From assembly GCA_026395685.1 (NCBI GenBank), contig JAPLYG010000018.1, positions 288-64,287 of the forward strand: a stretch of 64,000 nucleotides of DNA, written 5' to 3'. A program made the translations under genes and the position numbers. The notes under the pieces were generated by a model that saw only the letters and a program-made list of their open reading frames with translations, was not told where the DNA came from and made no database searches. Positions 1-9,864 of this stretch are shown here, piece after piece; the stretch's first letter is position 1, and each line of letters begins with the position of its first letter. This DNA is from Candidatus Parcubacteria bacterium. GTDB lineage: Bacteria > Patescibacteriota > Patescibacteriia > CAIXNZ01.

Positions 1-522
1 TGCTTATTTTATTTTTTTCCTCTCGCGTCATCTCTGCGAAAGTTTTGGCAAATCCCCTGGGTTTAAAAATCGGATCCCAACCAAATCCGGTTTCACCGGT
101 CGGTTCGGCAATTTCGCCTTCTAAATCACCTTCAAAAAAATATATTTCCTGAGGATTTTTAGCATAGCCGATAATGGTCTTCGCCTGGGCTTTATAATTA
201 CCATATTTTCTTGCTATTTCAGCTAAGCCATTATTGCCAATAGTTTTTAAAAACCATTTAATAAGGGGACCGGGTAATCCATTCAGGCAATCCAGATAAA
301 GTGAAGTATCTTCAATTATGAATTCTCCTTTATGATTTTTAAGAGCTTCTAATAATTTTGCTTCAACTACTTTTCTGGCGTCAATTTCCTGGATTTCAGG
401 CAGGTCAATGTCCAATTGCTCAACGTCAGGAAGGATTGATTGTACCTCGTGTAATTTTCCTTTATTGCCCGTAATGAAATACATTTTTGGCCTTTTTTCT
501 TTTTTTTCAACTGGTAAGAGTT
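1..522 (-). CDS. rdgB: Non-canonical purine NTP pyrophosphatase (RdgB/HAM1 family), 3' end beyond window
   Basis: Reverse-strand translation MPKELLPVEKKEKRPKMYFITGNKGKLHEV...EDTSLYLDCLNGLPGP matches the Ham1/ITPase fold. The start codon is the complement of 520-522. This ORF is not in the supplied track because it is incomplete. Confidence 0.75.
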
Positions 523-554
523 CTTTTGGCATAAAATAGTATTAAATAGATCAA

Positions 555-938
555 TTAATTTTCATTTTGCCATAAACCATGGATATTACAATAAATTCTG
601 GCAATAATTTTTTCCGCCTTGACGCAGAATTCCGCTTCCGGAGCTTCACCCGGCTTTAAAAAAGTTTTATAACTTACGCCGTCAGCTAAAATTTCAATCC
701 ACTGGATATAATGTTCAGCCAGCATGGGGTGGGAAACTGAACCAACTTTAATTTTATAGCCAGCTTCAGCTTTTTCAATTACCGGCACATGCTTTTCCTT
801 ACCTTCGGTTTCTTTAGCTTTGGGTTCTAAGAGCTCCATGTTTTGTCCGCAGCAGACTAAGGTTCCGACGCCGGTATTTAGGACTTCAATAATATTGCCA
901 CAGACGGAACATTTGTAAATTTGGTTGGTTTGGGTCAT
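555..938 (-). CDS. dfx: Desulfoferrodoxin (2Fe superoxide reductase)
   Basis: The N-terminal desulforedoxin CxxC...CC motif and a C-terminal SOR domain (HVPVIEK...KVGSV.HPM...H) align end to end with known Dfx proteins. Confidence 0.9.
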   Translation of the reverse strand: MTQTNQIYKCSVCGNIIEVLNTGVGTLVCCGQNMELLEPKAKETEGKEKHVPVIEKAEAGYKIKVGSVSHPMLAEHYIQWIEILADGVSYKTFLKPGEAPEAEFCVKAEKIIARIYCNIHGLWQNEN

Positions 939-1179
939 AGGATTAAAAATATTAAAAGTAATATTAAGCGATAAGATATTGAATACATTAGAATCTTAGC
1001 ATAAAAAATAAAGAAAGTCTGTATCAAAAGCAGATTTAAGGATAATGGTTGACGGATTTGCTAATAAGTGTTATGATTTAGAATCAGTAAATGCTATTTT
1101 AGTAATTGTAAACTTGGGAATATTGCTTATTATTTCTAGACACTGCCAGCGCCAATGGGGCAAAAAGGGAGGATTTATT

Positions 1180-1773
1180 ATGGAATTTTTTCAGAGTGTG
1201 AAGTTACTTGAACAATTAGAACAAAGTGGGCTGGATTTGGATGTGTTGAAGTTGTTGCAAGACAATGAGCATCTGCGCGATCAAGTAATGAAAGCTGTTA
1301 GGGATAAGCAGAAGAAGATTAAGAACGGTGTCTTGTTTCTCAATACGCCTCATGAAATTACAGTTGATTACACTCAATCGCCTGAAGAAATGTGTCATGA
1401 TGCGAAGCTTTCGCCAGGGTGGTTTGATTTTTCAAAGTGTCGTGTGGATTCAGCTCGGGGGCAACAAAAATTTAAGGTATGTGCCCATGAGTTAGTTAAA
1501 AACATTCACCTTACAGAAGCCGCCCATTTTTTGAAAAGTCATTCCTTGACGCCGGCAAGCCTCGAACATTTGTTGGCATTCAAGAAAATATGTCCGCAAT
1601 TCGGCCACCCAGGTTTAATTGCAGCAGTCGGTACAAGCTTCGATAGAGGCTATGGTTATCCTTCATATCCATTTTTTCGATTTTTTGATGATGAAGAAGA
1701 GCTTGATACCACTGGACGGCTGGCTGTATCAGTCTATTGGCATGCCGGAAATCGCATATTAGCAATTTGCTAA
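1180..1773 (+). CDS. Hypothetical protein in a higher-GC cassette with a strong SD
   Basis: The track ORF is 1045..1773. I chose the start at ATG 1180 because AAGGGAGGA lies 6 nt upstream. A rho-independent terminator follows the stop. I recognise no known domain. Confidence 0.5.
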   Translation: MEFFQSVKLLEQLEQSGLDLDVLKLLQDNEHLRDQVMKAVRDKQKKIKNGVLFLNTPHEITVDYTQSPEEMCHDAKLSPGWFDFSKCRVDSARGQQKFKVCAHELVKNIHLTEAAHFLKSHSLTPASLEHLLAFKKICPQFGHPGLIAAVGTSFDRGYGYPSYPFFRFFDDEEELDTTGRLAVSVYWHAGNRILAIC

Positions 1774-1786
1774 TTGGTATCGTATA

Positions 1787-1824
1787 AAGAAATATCCCCG
1801 AGGTATGAATTTTACCTCGGGGTT
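1787..1824 (+). terminator. Rho-independent terminator
   Basis: ccccgaggt...acctcgggg hairpin followed by a T-run. Confidence 0.7.
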
Positions 1825-1882
1825 CTTATTTTTAGGTTTGTTTAAAGAAGATGTTTTAATTAAGTTGTTTGGTCGTAAGTTT

Positions 1883-1918
1883 GTGCCGCAAAGCGGCATC
1901 CTGCTACGCGGGATAAAG
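1883..1918. repeat. 36-nt GC-rich double-hairpin repeat, copy 1 (direct repeat of 2869..2904)
   Basis: gtgccgcaaagcggcatcctgctacgcgggataaag compared with gtgccgcggagcggcatcccgctacgcgggataaag gives 33 of 36 identical. Each copy contains gccgc/gcggc and cccgc/gcggg mini-hairpins. The two copies flank the TerC-like gene. Confidence 0.8.
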
Positions 1919-1922
1919 TATT

Positions 1923-2849
1923 TCAGTCCTTTAACGCTTCACTTTTTTTAATTTCCCGATAGGACAAAAATAAAAATAAAAGCAGAATGACGGCGGTATT
2001 AAGTGTCGGCATCCAGAAAGGCACTTCTTGTCCAAAAGATTCTAAAATCATAATCGCGCCCAGCACGCCAATGGAATACATGGCTCCGTTTTTTAAATAA
2101 GCATATTTAGTAATGATATTTAAGCCATGGATGGTGAATTCTCTGACTACAAAGGCGCCGATGCCATTGCCGATTAAAATTAAAGGCACGGAAACAGTAA
2201 AGGCAAATGCGCCGATGACACCATCAATGGAAAATGAGGCATCAAGAATTTCCAAATATAAAATTTTGCTCCAAGCACTCATTCCCGGGTTTAAAAGTTG
2301 TTTTTCTTTCTCCTCGGCATTTTTCTTAAATCCGTCAGTTAAAAAGAAGGCTGACGCGCCGATTGAAGCCGACAGGGCTAAAAGGGGATTGATAATCAAA
2401 GAAGTATAAATAATGGCAGTCAGGGAAACAGAAGCCAGAAAATAAAACCAGATGCCTTGGCGATGAATGAATTTTTCAACTAGAAAGGCATACTTTTTTT
2501 CTTCTAAAAACAGCCAGGCTAAAGCCACAAAAAACAGATAAACACCGCCGCCTAAAAGCAGAAGGGGCTTTGATTGTTCCACGTATTGTTCGATTTTGGG
2601 ATCCTGGGAAAAAACAAAGGTAAAGACTTCGGTGACTGACAAAGCGGGATTAACCATCCAGACAATTAAAAAAGGCAATATGCCCCTGACAATAAAGACG
2701 GCAAAAATTAAGCCCCAAAAAAGAAAGAGCTTGCGATATTTTTCCGGCATTGTTTTGAGAACATGGGCATTGACTACGGCATTATCAACACTGCTGATAA
2801 TTTCAAACATGCACAAGCCGATGATGACGATAATGATGTTTAGAATCAT
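1923..2849 (-). CDS. TerC/DUF475-like integral membrane protein
   Basis: Polytopic membrane protein with paired DNAVV and LDASFSIDGV motifs typical of the TerC superfamily. Confidence 0.55.
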   Translation of the reverse strand: MILNIIIVIIGLCMFEIISSVDNAVVNAHVLKTMPEKYRKLFLFWGLIFAVFIVRGILPFLIVWMVNPALSVTEVFTFVFSQDPKIEQYVEQSKPLLLLGGGVYLFFVALAWLFLEEKKYAFLVEKFIHRQGIWFYFLASVSLTAIIYTSLIINPLLALSASIGASAFFLTDGFKKNAEEKEKQLLNPGMSAWSKILYLEILDASFSIDGVIGAFAFTVSVPLILIGNGIGAFVVREFTIHGLNIITKYAYLKNGAMYSIGVLGAIMILESFGQEVPFWMPTLNTAVILLLFLFLSYREIKKSEALKD

Positions 2850-2868
2850 GGTTGTATGTTGTTAGGTT

Positions 2869-2904
2869 GTGCCGCGGAGCGGCATCCCGCTACGCGGGAT
2901 AAAG
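2869..2904. repeat. 36-nt GC-rich double-hairpin repeat, copy 2
   Basis: See copy 1. About 8 nt of similar flank lies upstream of both copies. Confidence 0.8.
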
Positions 2905-2915
2905 TTGTAGAGTTA

Positions 2916-3878
2916 TCAAGGTTGTAGAATATCCTCGGTCCTTCCGTCAATTGAAATCGCCACATCTTTAACTGTCGGGAATTGTTTCAATGTCTCCCTT
3001 ATTTGGCTGGCAATGGCGGCCACTCGGCAAGAACCGCCGACCTGAAATTCTAGCTGGCTATTAAAATCAGCATATGCAACGCCGTCTTTTATTGTCACTT
3101 TATTCAAGCTAACGCCTGAATTGATTGAGGTAAAATATTTTTGCGTTAATTCATCTTCAGTCGGGCCTTTTAGGAGCTCTTCCAGGGATGCTTTGGCTGT
3201 GGTGACTGTTTTAGCAATAATGCGGTCAACCGGATAGACTAAGGAACAGTCCATTGCCCCCGGATTTTTCAATTCATTGCCGAAAAATACTTTCAGGGTC
3301 AGAGTTTCAGTCTTTTGAATTTTAACGGGAATTTCAAATTTCTCATCAAGTTCACGCAAATCCGAAGGATTGTCTTTCATAAAAACTAAAGTCCCGTTTT
3401 GATCTTTGGGAGAAATAAAGTTTAATTCAGCTTTAAAAGGCACCCAATTTTCAGTCATCCAGTCACTTTGGGCTGTGGCATAATGAGCAACCAGCACTTT
3501 GCCGTTTTCATCCAATAAAGTTACAGGAAAACTTCCTTCAAAGTACCAGAGCCTGGCAGAGCCGGTTATTGTCAGGGGAGTGGTGATAGTATCGCCAGCC
3601 TTGATATTGTCTATTCTTACATTAACTTCTTCAGGTATGGTATTTGTATTATTATTAGCATTTACATTCGCGTTATTATTATCGTTATAGTTATTGTTCG
3701 CAACAACTCCGCATCCAGTCGTAGGCATCGCGGCAGAAGGATTGCCGTGCTTGAGCCATTGGCCATTACTGCAGTCCCAGGAATCTTCAGTGGATAATTT
3801 TAAATAAGCAACCGAACCAATCGCAATGACAGCCAAAACAATTAAAATAATTGTGACGATTTGGAGTTGTTTGGACAT
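2916..3878 (-). CDS. Membrane-anchored Gmad2 (Ig-like) plus GerMN domain protein
   Basis: N-terminal TM helix, an Asn-rich linker, a Gmad2-like block (RLWYFEGSFPVTLLDENG...MKDNPSDL) and a C-terminal GerMN block (LEELLKGPT...QFPTVKDV). Confidence 0.75.
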   Translation of the reverse strand: MSKQLQIVTIILIVLAVIAIGSVAYLKLSTEDSWDCSNGQWLKHGNPSAAMPTTGCGVVANNNYNDNNNANVNANNNTNTIPEEVNVRIDNIKAGDTITTPLTITGSARLWYFEGSFPVTLLDENGKVLVAHYATAQSDWMTENWVPFKAELNFISPKDQNGTLVFMKDNPSDLRELDEKFEIPVKIQKTETLTLKVFFGNELKNPGAMDCSLVYPVDRIIAKTVTTAKASLEELLKGPTEDELTQKYFTSINSGVSLNKVTIKDGVAYADFNSQLEFQVGGSCRVAAIASQIRETLKQFPTVKDVAISIDGRTEDILQP

Positions 3879-4019
3879 AAGTTTAAAAATTAGGTTATAT
3901 TATGTTTTATTAGGTTAGATGAAGTTTTATTCCGCGATCCGGAATGCCACTCCGTGGCATAAGGTTGCTGTAAAAATTTATTTGATAGATTTTTCCCAGT
4001 TATAAACAAGTGTCAATGA

Positions 4020-4550
4020 TTATTTATCAGATTTTGTCTGGGATAATACTTTATTAATAAATTCTATCTTTTCTTTATAATAGGCTCTGACATTTTTGCC
4101 AGAGGCATTTTCTTTTAATTTTCGATATTCATCTAGCATAGAATGATTTGCCAACAATAGTTCATTAAATTTTTCACTATCTATCCACCCGTTGTCATTT
4201 TGGTTGATTACAAAAATATCAATATGTTTGCCATCGATTGAAGTTACAAATCGGGCTCGCTTCAAAGGGTAATTGCTCCTTGGATTACCAAATAGATTAG
4301 CAATATGATTGACTATGCGATCGAATTCTTCACTCAAAACGGGAATATATATATCAATTTCATCTTGGCCAGATATTTTTAAACTACTAGCACCGCGATG
4401 TTCAACAGCCTGTAGTTGGCCAAGAAGATCCTGAATTTGTTTTTTAATTTGTAAAAATTTGTTTTCACAAGTCGGATCCCAAGGCACAATAGTAACTGTT
4501 TCAGTATCGCTAAGATGGTCAAGCCATTGTTGTTGTTCTGTGGTAATCAT
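4020..4550 (-). CDS. GrpB-family (UPF0157) nucleotidyltransferase-fold protein
   Basis: VEHRGASS...DIDIYIPV is a GrpB-like signature. Size about 176 aa. Confidence 0.55.
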   Translation of the reverse strand: MITTEQQQWLDHLSDTETVTIVPWDPTCENKFLQIKKQIQDLLGQLQAVEHRGASSLKISGQDEIDIYIPVLSEEFDRIVNHIANLFGNPRSNYPLKRARFVTSIDGKHIDIFVINQNDNGWIDSEKFNELLLANHSMLDEYRKLKENASGKNVRAYYKEKIEFINKVLSQTKSDK

Positions 4551-4562
4551 ATGTTTGTGATA

Positions 4563-4581
4563 TTCGGGCTAGTGGGACTTG
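4563..4581. repeat. 19-nt duplicate of the tRNA-Pro 3' end
   Basis: ttcgggctagtgggacttg is identical to 4630..4648, the acceptor 3' strand and T-arm of the tRNA at 4631..4703. Confidence 0.85.
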
Positions 4582-4613
4582 CCCGCCAGAGGCGGGTCCG
4601 CCCTTGGCGGAAA
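4582..4613. repeat. GC-rich palindromic unit, family CCGCCAGRGGCGG...CTTTGGCGGA, copy 1
   Basis: cccgccagaggcggg plus tccgcccttggcgga. Related copies at 11262..11325 and 24403..24432. Confidence 0.65.
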
Positions 4614-4630
4614 CCCACCGATTTTGATTT

Positions 4631-4703
4631 TCGGGCTAGTGGGACTTGAACCCACGGCCTCATGCACCCCATGCATGCGCGCTACCAACTGCGCTATAGC
4701 CCG
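4631..4703 (-). tRNA. tRNA-Pro (anticodon GGG)
   Basis: The reverse complement folds as a cloverleaf: acceptor CGGGCTA/TAGCCCG, D-arm AGCGCAGTTGGTAGCGC, anticodon loop T-GGG-G, T-loop GGTTCAAGTCC. CCA is not encoded. Confidence 0.85.
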
Positions 4704-4761
4704 TCGGGATATATATATATATATTACTTTAAAATGACCTTAAAATCAAGGCTTTACCAGC

Positions 4762-4794
4762 CAAAAAACCTCCCGCAACGCGGGAGGTTTTTTG
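4762..4794. terminator. Bidirectional rho-independent terminator
   Basis: The cctcccgc-aacg-gcgggagg hairpin is flanked by an A-run on the left and a T-run on the right. Confidence 0.75.
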
Positions 4795-4806
4795 TATGAG
4801 AACAGT

Positions 4807-4962
4807 TTATTTGGCTGCGCCGATTTTGAACATTTTGGTGCCACAGTCAGGGCAAGTGCCGGTAACCGCTGGTCTGCCGTTTTTCATCTTTATTTCCTGA
4901 GCATCTTTCATCTCTTTTTTAGCTTTACATTTAACGCAATAAGCTTGAGTCATACAAGGTTT
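4807..4962 (-). CDS. Small zinc-ribbon protein (DUF5679-like), missed by the ORF track
   Basis: Reverse-strand translation MTQAYCVKCKAKKEMKDAQEIKMKNGRPAVTGTCPDCGTKMFKIGAAK, with CxxC...CxxC. Below the 60-aa cutoff. Boundaries are uncertain (a hand-counted 156-nt span versus 147 nt expected for the 48-aa translation). Confidence 0.6.
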   Translation of the reverse strand, partial: KPCMTQAYCVKCKAKKEMKDAQEIKMKNGRPAVTGTCPDCGTKMFKIGAAK

Positions 4963-5010
4963 TAGAGTTAATAATTATCCTTCGACTATGTCTGATTAAA
5001 AATCAAACAA

Positions 5011-5187
5011 TTATCTTGCGACTTTAGATTTTGTACGCAAACAGCTGGTGCAGATTTTTGTTTTTTTACCGTCGATTTTCTTGGTCTGCAAGTTTAAATA
5101 TTTTTTTGTTAAGGTTTTGATGTTGGAATGGCTTCGGCTGGCACTTGATAAGGGGCCGCGGCCACAGATTTCACAAGTTCTGCTCAT
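5011..5187 (-). CDS. rpmB: 50S ribosomal protein L28, missed by the ORF track
   Basis: Reverse-strand translation MSRTCEICGRGPLSSASRSHSNIKTLTKKYLNLQTKKIDGKKTKICTSCLRTKSKVAR has the L28 signature (MSRxCxxxGK...RSH). Confidence 0.8.
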   Translation of the reverse strand: MSRTCEICGRGPLSSASRSHSNIKTLTKKYLNLQTKKIDGKKTKICTSCLRTKSKVAR

Positions 5188-5312
5188 AATGGTATGATGT
5201 TAATAATTGTTAGTTCAGCCACGGAAATATAATCACGCTTAAGGATTATCAGGTGACCTAATTAATGAATGAATTAAGTTTAGCATAAAATATTAATATA
5301 ATCAAGCTTTGT

Positions 5313-5945
5313 ATGAATTTAGACCCGATTTTATTGGTAGTAAATTTTATTGCTTTTTTCTTGGCTTTAACTGTCCATGAATTTTCGCACGCCTTGGTTG
5401 CCTACTTATATGGCGATAAAACAGCTGCTTATGAAGGACGGTTAACTTTGAATCCGATTGCGCATATTGATTTGTTTGGTACCATCTTATTGCCCTTATT
5501 ATTGATTATCAGCCAGACAGGTATTGTCTTTGGCTGGGCCAAGCCCGTACCGGTTAATTATTATAATCTTAAAAATCAGAAATGGGGGCCTGCCATAGTT
5601 TCCTTGGCTGGACCGGCTGCTAATTTAGTTTTTTTAATATTTTCTTTAATTTTATGGAATCTAAATAAATACTATTTAATGCTGCCCCAGGAAAATTTAT
5701 TGGTGCAGTTCGTATCCCTGCTCATTATCGTGAATTCAATTTTAATGATATTCAACCTATTGCCTATATTCCCGTTAGACGGTTCCAAATTGTTATTTGC
5801 CATTTTACCCGATAGATATGAGAATTTTAAGATTTTTTGGGAACGCAATGGTGTTTTGTTCTTAATTATTCTGATGATTTTTGGTTCTGGGTTTCTGAAC
5901 CTGCTTTTCGGCTTATTTTTAGGCTTGCTAACTCCTTTCATGTAA
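5313..5945 (+). CDS. Peptidase M50 / site-2-protease-like zinc metalloprotease (short form)
   Basis: HEFSHAL zinc motif in TM1 and a later NLLPIFPLDGSKL (LDG) motif. Polytopic membrane protein. Confidence 0.8.
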   Translation: MNLDPILLVVNFIAFFLALTVHEFSHALVAYLYGDKTAAYEGRLTLNPIAHIDLFGTILLPLLLIISQTGIVFGWAKPVPVNYYNLKNQKWGPAIVSLAGPAANLVFLIFSLILWNLNKYYLMLPQENLLVQFVSLLIIVNSILMIFNLLPIFPLDGSKLLFAILPDRYENFKIFWERNGVLFLIILMIFGSGFLNLLFGLFLGLLTPFM

Positions 5946-6070
5946 GATCCTTGACTTTTAAGCGATAAACCGATAGAATAAGAATGCAATTAGCCTAATA
6001 AGCTAATTTTTCATTTTTAATTATCAGCGCGGCTAAAGGTTAACAGACTTTAGCGCCTAATTTTTTAGTT

Positions 6071-6496
6071 ATGCCGACAATTAATCAGCTAGTTAGAAAG
6101 AGTAGAAATTTAACAAAAAAGAAATCTAAAACTCCGGCTTTAGAGAGTGTTTTTAATACAATTACCAGAAAAGCGAAAAAACTAGATTCAGGCAGCCCCT
6201 TTAAAAGGGGGGTATGTTTGAAGGTAACAACTACGACTCCGAAAAAACCTAACTCTGCTTTGCGTAAAATTGCCAGGGTCCGTCTTTCAAATGGCATGGA
6301 AGTAACTGCCTATATTCCGGGAGAAGGCCATAATTTGCAGGAACATTCAATTGTGATGCTGCGCGGGGGCAGGGTAAAAGATCTGCCAGGTGTACGTTAT
6401 CATATTATTCGTGGCCGTTATGATACTCAGGGTGTTGAAAATAGACGAAAAGGCAGATCACTTTATGGCCAGAAACGCCCTAAGGACAAAAAGTAA
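6071..6496 (+). CDS. rpsL: 30S ribosomal protein S12
   Basis: [10 protein letters not shown]...; full-length S12 similarity. Confidence 0.95.
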   Translation: MPTINQLVRKSRNLTKKKSKTPALESVFNTITRKAKKLDSGSPFKRGVCLKVTTTTPKKPNSALRKIARVRLSNGMEVTAYIPGEGHNLQEHSIVMLRGGRVKDLPGVRYHIIRGRYDTQGVENRRKGRSLYGQKRPKDKK

Positions 6497-6588
6497 GTCT
6501 AAAGGCTAGATTTTAAATTCTAAATTTAGGAAGATAATTAATTATAAAACTTTATAAACTTTCTACTTTATAACTTTTAACTAATTTT

Positions 6589-7059
6589 ATGAGAGGTAAA
6601 CAAGCACCAAAAAGACCCAGCCAACCAGATGCAAAATTTAAAAATGCTCAAATCGGTAAATTTATTAATTATTTAATGCGCCGAGGCAAAAAATCAGTTG
6701 CTCAAAATGTTGTTTATGATTGCTTTGCCATTATTTCAGAAAAAACCAAGCAGGACGCCATGGAAGTTTTTGATACTGCAATCAGGAATGTCGGACCCTC
6801 TTTAGAGGTTAGAGGACGCAGAATCGGAGGTGCAAATTATCAGATTCCTTTTCCGGTAAGAGTAGAACGACGCTATAATCTGGCTTGTCGTTGGATTATT
6901 GACTCAGCTAATAAAAGAAAAGGCAGATCAATGGCTGAAAAATTAGCTCAAGAAATTATAGATGCCGCCAATAGCCAGGGTGAAGCGTTTAAAAAGAAAG
7001 TTGACGCCCATAAAATGGCTGATGCAAATCGCGCGTTTGCCCATTTTGCCCGCTACTAA
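6589..7059 (+). CDS. rpsG: 30S ribosomal protein S7
   Basis: S7 family similarity throughout, with conserved str-operon position. Confidence 0.95.
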   Translation: MRGKQAPKRPSQPDAKFKNAQIGKFINYLMRRGKKSVAQNVVYDCFAIISEKTKQDAMEVFDTAIRNVGPSLEVRGRRIGGANYQIPFPVRVERRYNLACRWIIDSANKRKGRSMAEKLAQEIIDAANSQGEAFKKKVDAHKMADANRAFAHFARY

Positions 7060-7060
7060 A

Positions 7061-7215
7061 TCAAATAATCAATAAACAATAATCAATAAACAAACAAACT
7101 GTTTATAATTACTAATTTCTAAATTCTAAAATTTAGCATTTGAATTTGGGAATTTGATATTGTTTGATGATTGTTGCTTGATTATTGGTAATTTAATTTA
7201 AATTTTATACTTAAA
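7061..7215. repeat. AT-rich ~150-bp imperfect palindromic intergenic element, copy A (5' of fusA)
   Basis: Left arm aataatcaataaacaataatcaataaacaaac, centre ctaaattctaaaatttag, right arm tgtttgatgattgttgcttgattattgg. The arms are reverse complements of each other. Copies B, C and D are listed below. Confidence 0.7.
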
Positions 7216-7226
7216 ACTTTTTATTT

Positions 7227-9302
7227 ATGCCTCGTGAATATTCTCTAGACAAAACAAGAAATATAGGGATTATGGCCCACATTGACGCCGGTAAGACAAC
7301 TGTTACCGAGCGTGTTTTATTTTATACCGGTAAAAAGCATAAAATAGGAGAAGTTCATGAAGGCGCCGCTGAAATGGACTGGATGGAACAGGAAAAAGAA
7401 AGGGGTATTACCATTACTGCCGCTGCTACCACCTGTTTTTGGAAAGACAATCGCATTAATATTATTGATACTCCCGGCCATGTAGATTTTACAGTGGAAG
7501 TAGAAAGATCTTTACGCGTATTGGACGGCGCAGTTGCTGTTTTTGACGGCTCTCAGGGCGTAGAACCTCAGTCTGAAACTGTTTGGCACCAGGCTGCCAA
7601 ATATGATGTTCCTAGGATTGCTTTTGTTAATAAAATGGATAAAATGGGCGCAGATTTCTATATGACGCTGGATTCAATCGCGGAACGTTTATCCCTCAAC
7701 GCGGCTGCTATTCAACTGCCAATTGGTGCGGAAGAAACATTTAAAGGTTTAGTTGACTTATTAGACAGAAAAGCATTCTTATTTGAAGGCGAGTATGGCC
7801 AAAATATTAAAGAAATTCCAATCCCTGATGATATGAAAGAACAGGTGGAAAAATTTCGGAAAATTTTATTGGAAAAAGTAGCTGAAAATGATGAAGATTT
7901 AATGAATAAATATCTGGCTGGAGAAGAATTAGAAATTAGTCAGATTAAGCAGGTAATAAGAAAGGCTACAATCACTAATGATTTTCATCCGGTTTTATGC
8001 GGTTCAGCTTTAAAAAATATTGGCGTGCAGATGATGCTCGATGCTGTTGTTGCTTATTTGCCCTCGCCTTTAGATATTCCTCCGGTTAAAGGAAAAAATC
8101 CTGATACTGAAGCAGAGGAAATACGTAAAGCTTCTGACGATGAACCATTTGCCGCCTTAGCTTTCAAACTGGCAACTGATCCTTTTGTTGGTAAATTAGT
8201 TTTCTTTCGTGTATATTCCGGTAGTTTAAAAGCAGGTTCTTATGTCTTAAATGCCAAAACAGGCAGTAAAGAGCGAATCGGCCGTATTGTACGTCTGCAC
8301 GCTAATTCCCGCGAAGATGTTGATGAAGTTTTTTCCGGAGAAATCGCAGCTGCAATTGGTTTGAAAAATACTGTTACCGGTAATACTTTATGTGACGAGA
8401 AGGCGCCCATTATTTTGGAAGAAATTATTTTCCCGGAACCGGTCATTTCAGTGGCGATTGAACCAAAAACCAAGGTTGATCAGGAAAAGATGGGTATGGC
8501 AATGCAGAAATTGGCTGAAGAGGATCCTACTTTTAGAATCCATACTGACGAAGAAACTCTGCAGACAATTATTGAAGGCATGGGCGAATTACATCTTGAT
8601 ATTATTGTTGATCGCATGAAAAGGGAATTTAAAGTTGAAGCCAATGTCGGTGCGCCGCAAGTAGCTTATAAAGAAACAATTAAAGCAGCAGCTGAAGCTG
8701 AAGGAAAATATATTAAACAATCTGGCGGACGAGGACAATATGGCCATTGCTGGATTAAAGTTGAACCGAGAGAAAGAGGTGCAGGCTTTGAATTTGTTGA
8801 TGAAATTAAAGGCGGTCTCATCCCCCGGGAATTTATTCCTGCTATTGAGAAAGGCATAAAAGAATCATTAACCAAGGGTATTTTGGCAGGTTATCCGGTT
8901 GTCGATGTTAAGGCTATCGTTTTTGATGGTTCTTATCATGATGTCGATTCGTCTGAAGTAGCTTTCAAAATTGCAGGTTCAATGGCTTTTGTTGAAGCAG
9001 CAAAAAAAGCTAAGCCAGTTATTTTGGAACCGATAATGAAAATTCAGGTAATTACTCCGGAGCAATTCATGGGAGATGTCATCGGTGATTTGAATTCCAA
9101 ACGCGCCCAGATTTCTCAGATGACTGATAAGGTCAAATTGAAAGTGATTGATGGTCAAGTCCCATTATCTGAAATGTTTGGTTATGCTACTTCGTTGCGG
9201 TCATTGACACAGGGTCGCGCAAATTATGTAATGGAATTTTCTCATTATGCCGAAACCCCGAGCAATATAACCCAGAAAATTATTGAAGGGAAGAAAAAAT
9301 AG
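7227..9302 (+). CDS. fusA: Elongation factor G
   Basis: GTPase G1-G5 motifs ([21 protein letters not shown]) with full-length EF-G domains. Confidence 0.95.
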   Translation: MPREYSLDKTRNIGIMAHIDAGKTTVTERVLFYTGKKHKIGEVHEGAAEMDWMEQEKERGITITAAATTCFWKDNRINIIDTPGHVDFTVEVERSLRVLDGAVAVFDGSQGVEPQSETVWHQAAKYDVPRIAFVNKMDKMGADFYMTLDSIAERLSLNAAAIQLPIGAEETFKGLVDLLDRKAFLFEGEYGQNIKEIPIPDDMKEQVEKFRKILLEKVAENDEDLMNKYLAGEELEISQIKQVIRKATITNDFHPVLCGSALKNIGVQMMLDAVVAYLPSPLDIPPVKGKNPDTEAEEIRKASDDEPFAALAFKLATDPFVGKLVFFRVYSGSLKAGSYVLNAKTGSKERIGRIVRLHANSREDVDEVFSGEIAAAIGLKNTVTGNTLCDEKAPIILEEIIFPEPVISVAIEPKTKVDQEKMGMAMQKLAEEDPTFRIHTDEETLQTIIEGMGELHLDIIVDRMKREFKVEANVGAPQVAYKETIKAAAEAEGKYIKQSGGRGQYGHCWIKVEPRERGAGFEFVDEIKGGLIPREFIPAIEKGIKESLTKGILAGYPVVDVKAIVFDGSYHDVDSSEVAFKIAGSMAFVEAAKKAKPVILEPIMKIQVITPEQFMGDVIGDLNSKRAQISQMTDKVKLKVIDGQVPLSEMFGYATSLRSLTQGRANYVMEFSHYAETPSNITQKIIEGKKK

Positions 9303-9340
9303 GAACCACGGATTTTGTTCACTGATAACACTGATATACG

Positions 9341-9371
9341 AAAACACGCCTAAGTAATTGGGCGTGTTTTT
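9341..9371 (+). terminator. Rho-independent terminator after fusA
   Basis: aaaacacgcc...ggcgtgtttt hairpin followed by a T-run. Confidence 0.75.
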
Positions 9372-9383
9372 GATGGGGGCTGA

Positions 9384-9412
9384 TTGACAATATCGGAACC
9401 ATTTGTTAAGTT
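9384..9412 (+). promoter_or_regulatory. Sigma70-like promoter (TTGACA-N17-TAAGTT)
   Basis: Canonical -35 hexamer, exact 17-nt spacer and an AT-rich -10. Sits upstream of the SD-bearing ORF at 9442. Confidence 0.45.
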
Positions 9413-9441
9413 AATATCAAAATTGAAAAGGAGGGACAAAA

Positions 9442-9825
9442 ATGTCCGAAAAACAAGTTTCTTTTTGGCAGACAGCGACAAATGTAGAAAAGATTATCAA
9501 TTCAATTTTAACTCTCATTCTGAATCTTAAAGGACAGCTCATCCCCAACCATCCGTCAGCGATCTATCTGGTTTTTCCTCCGAATGAGCCTAAAAAGGCA
9601 GATCTGTACTTTTCTCCGCAGGCCAAGCTTCAACAGGAGGCGGATATTCTTTTGAGAAGAATCGAGCTGCCGGAAGGCATTTTGATAAATGAGCTTTTAG
9701 GCCTAGCCTCAGTAAGGCTTAATCAACTGTTGCAAGTATACTACAGTCCTAGCAGAAGCATATATTTGCTGGAAACTGAATACCGTGAAGGCGGTCTGAT
9801 GATTAATATGATTAGGAAAGGTTAA
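9442..9825 (+). CDS. Hypothetical protein (island gene, strong SD)
   Basis: AAAGGAGGG lies 6 nt upstream of the ATG. I recognise no domain. It is followed by its own terminator at 9835..9864. Confidence 0.5.
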   Translation: MSEKQVSFWQTATNVEKIINSILTLILNLKGQLIPNHPSAIYLVFPPNEPKKADLYFSPQAKLQQEADILLRRIELPEGILINELLGLASVRLNQLLQVYYSPSRSIYLLETEYREGGLMINMIRKG

Positions 9826-9834
9826 TTGTTTTTC

Positions 9835-9864
9835 AACCACCCAAAAAGGGGTGGTTTTATTTAT
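9835..9864 (+). terminator. Rho-independent terminator
   Basis: aaccaccc-aaaaa-ggggtggtt hairpin followed by a T-run. Confidence 0.7.
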
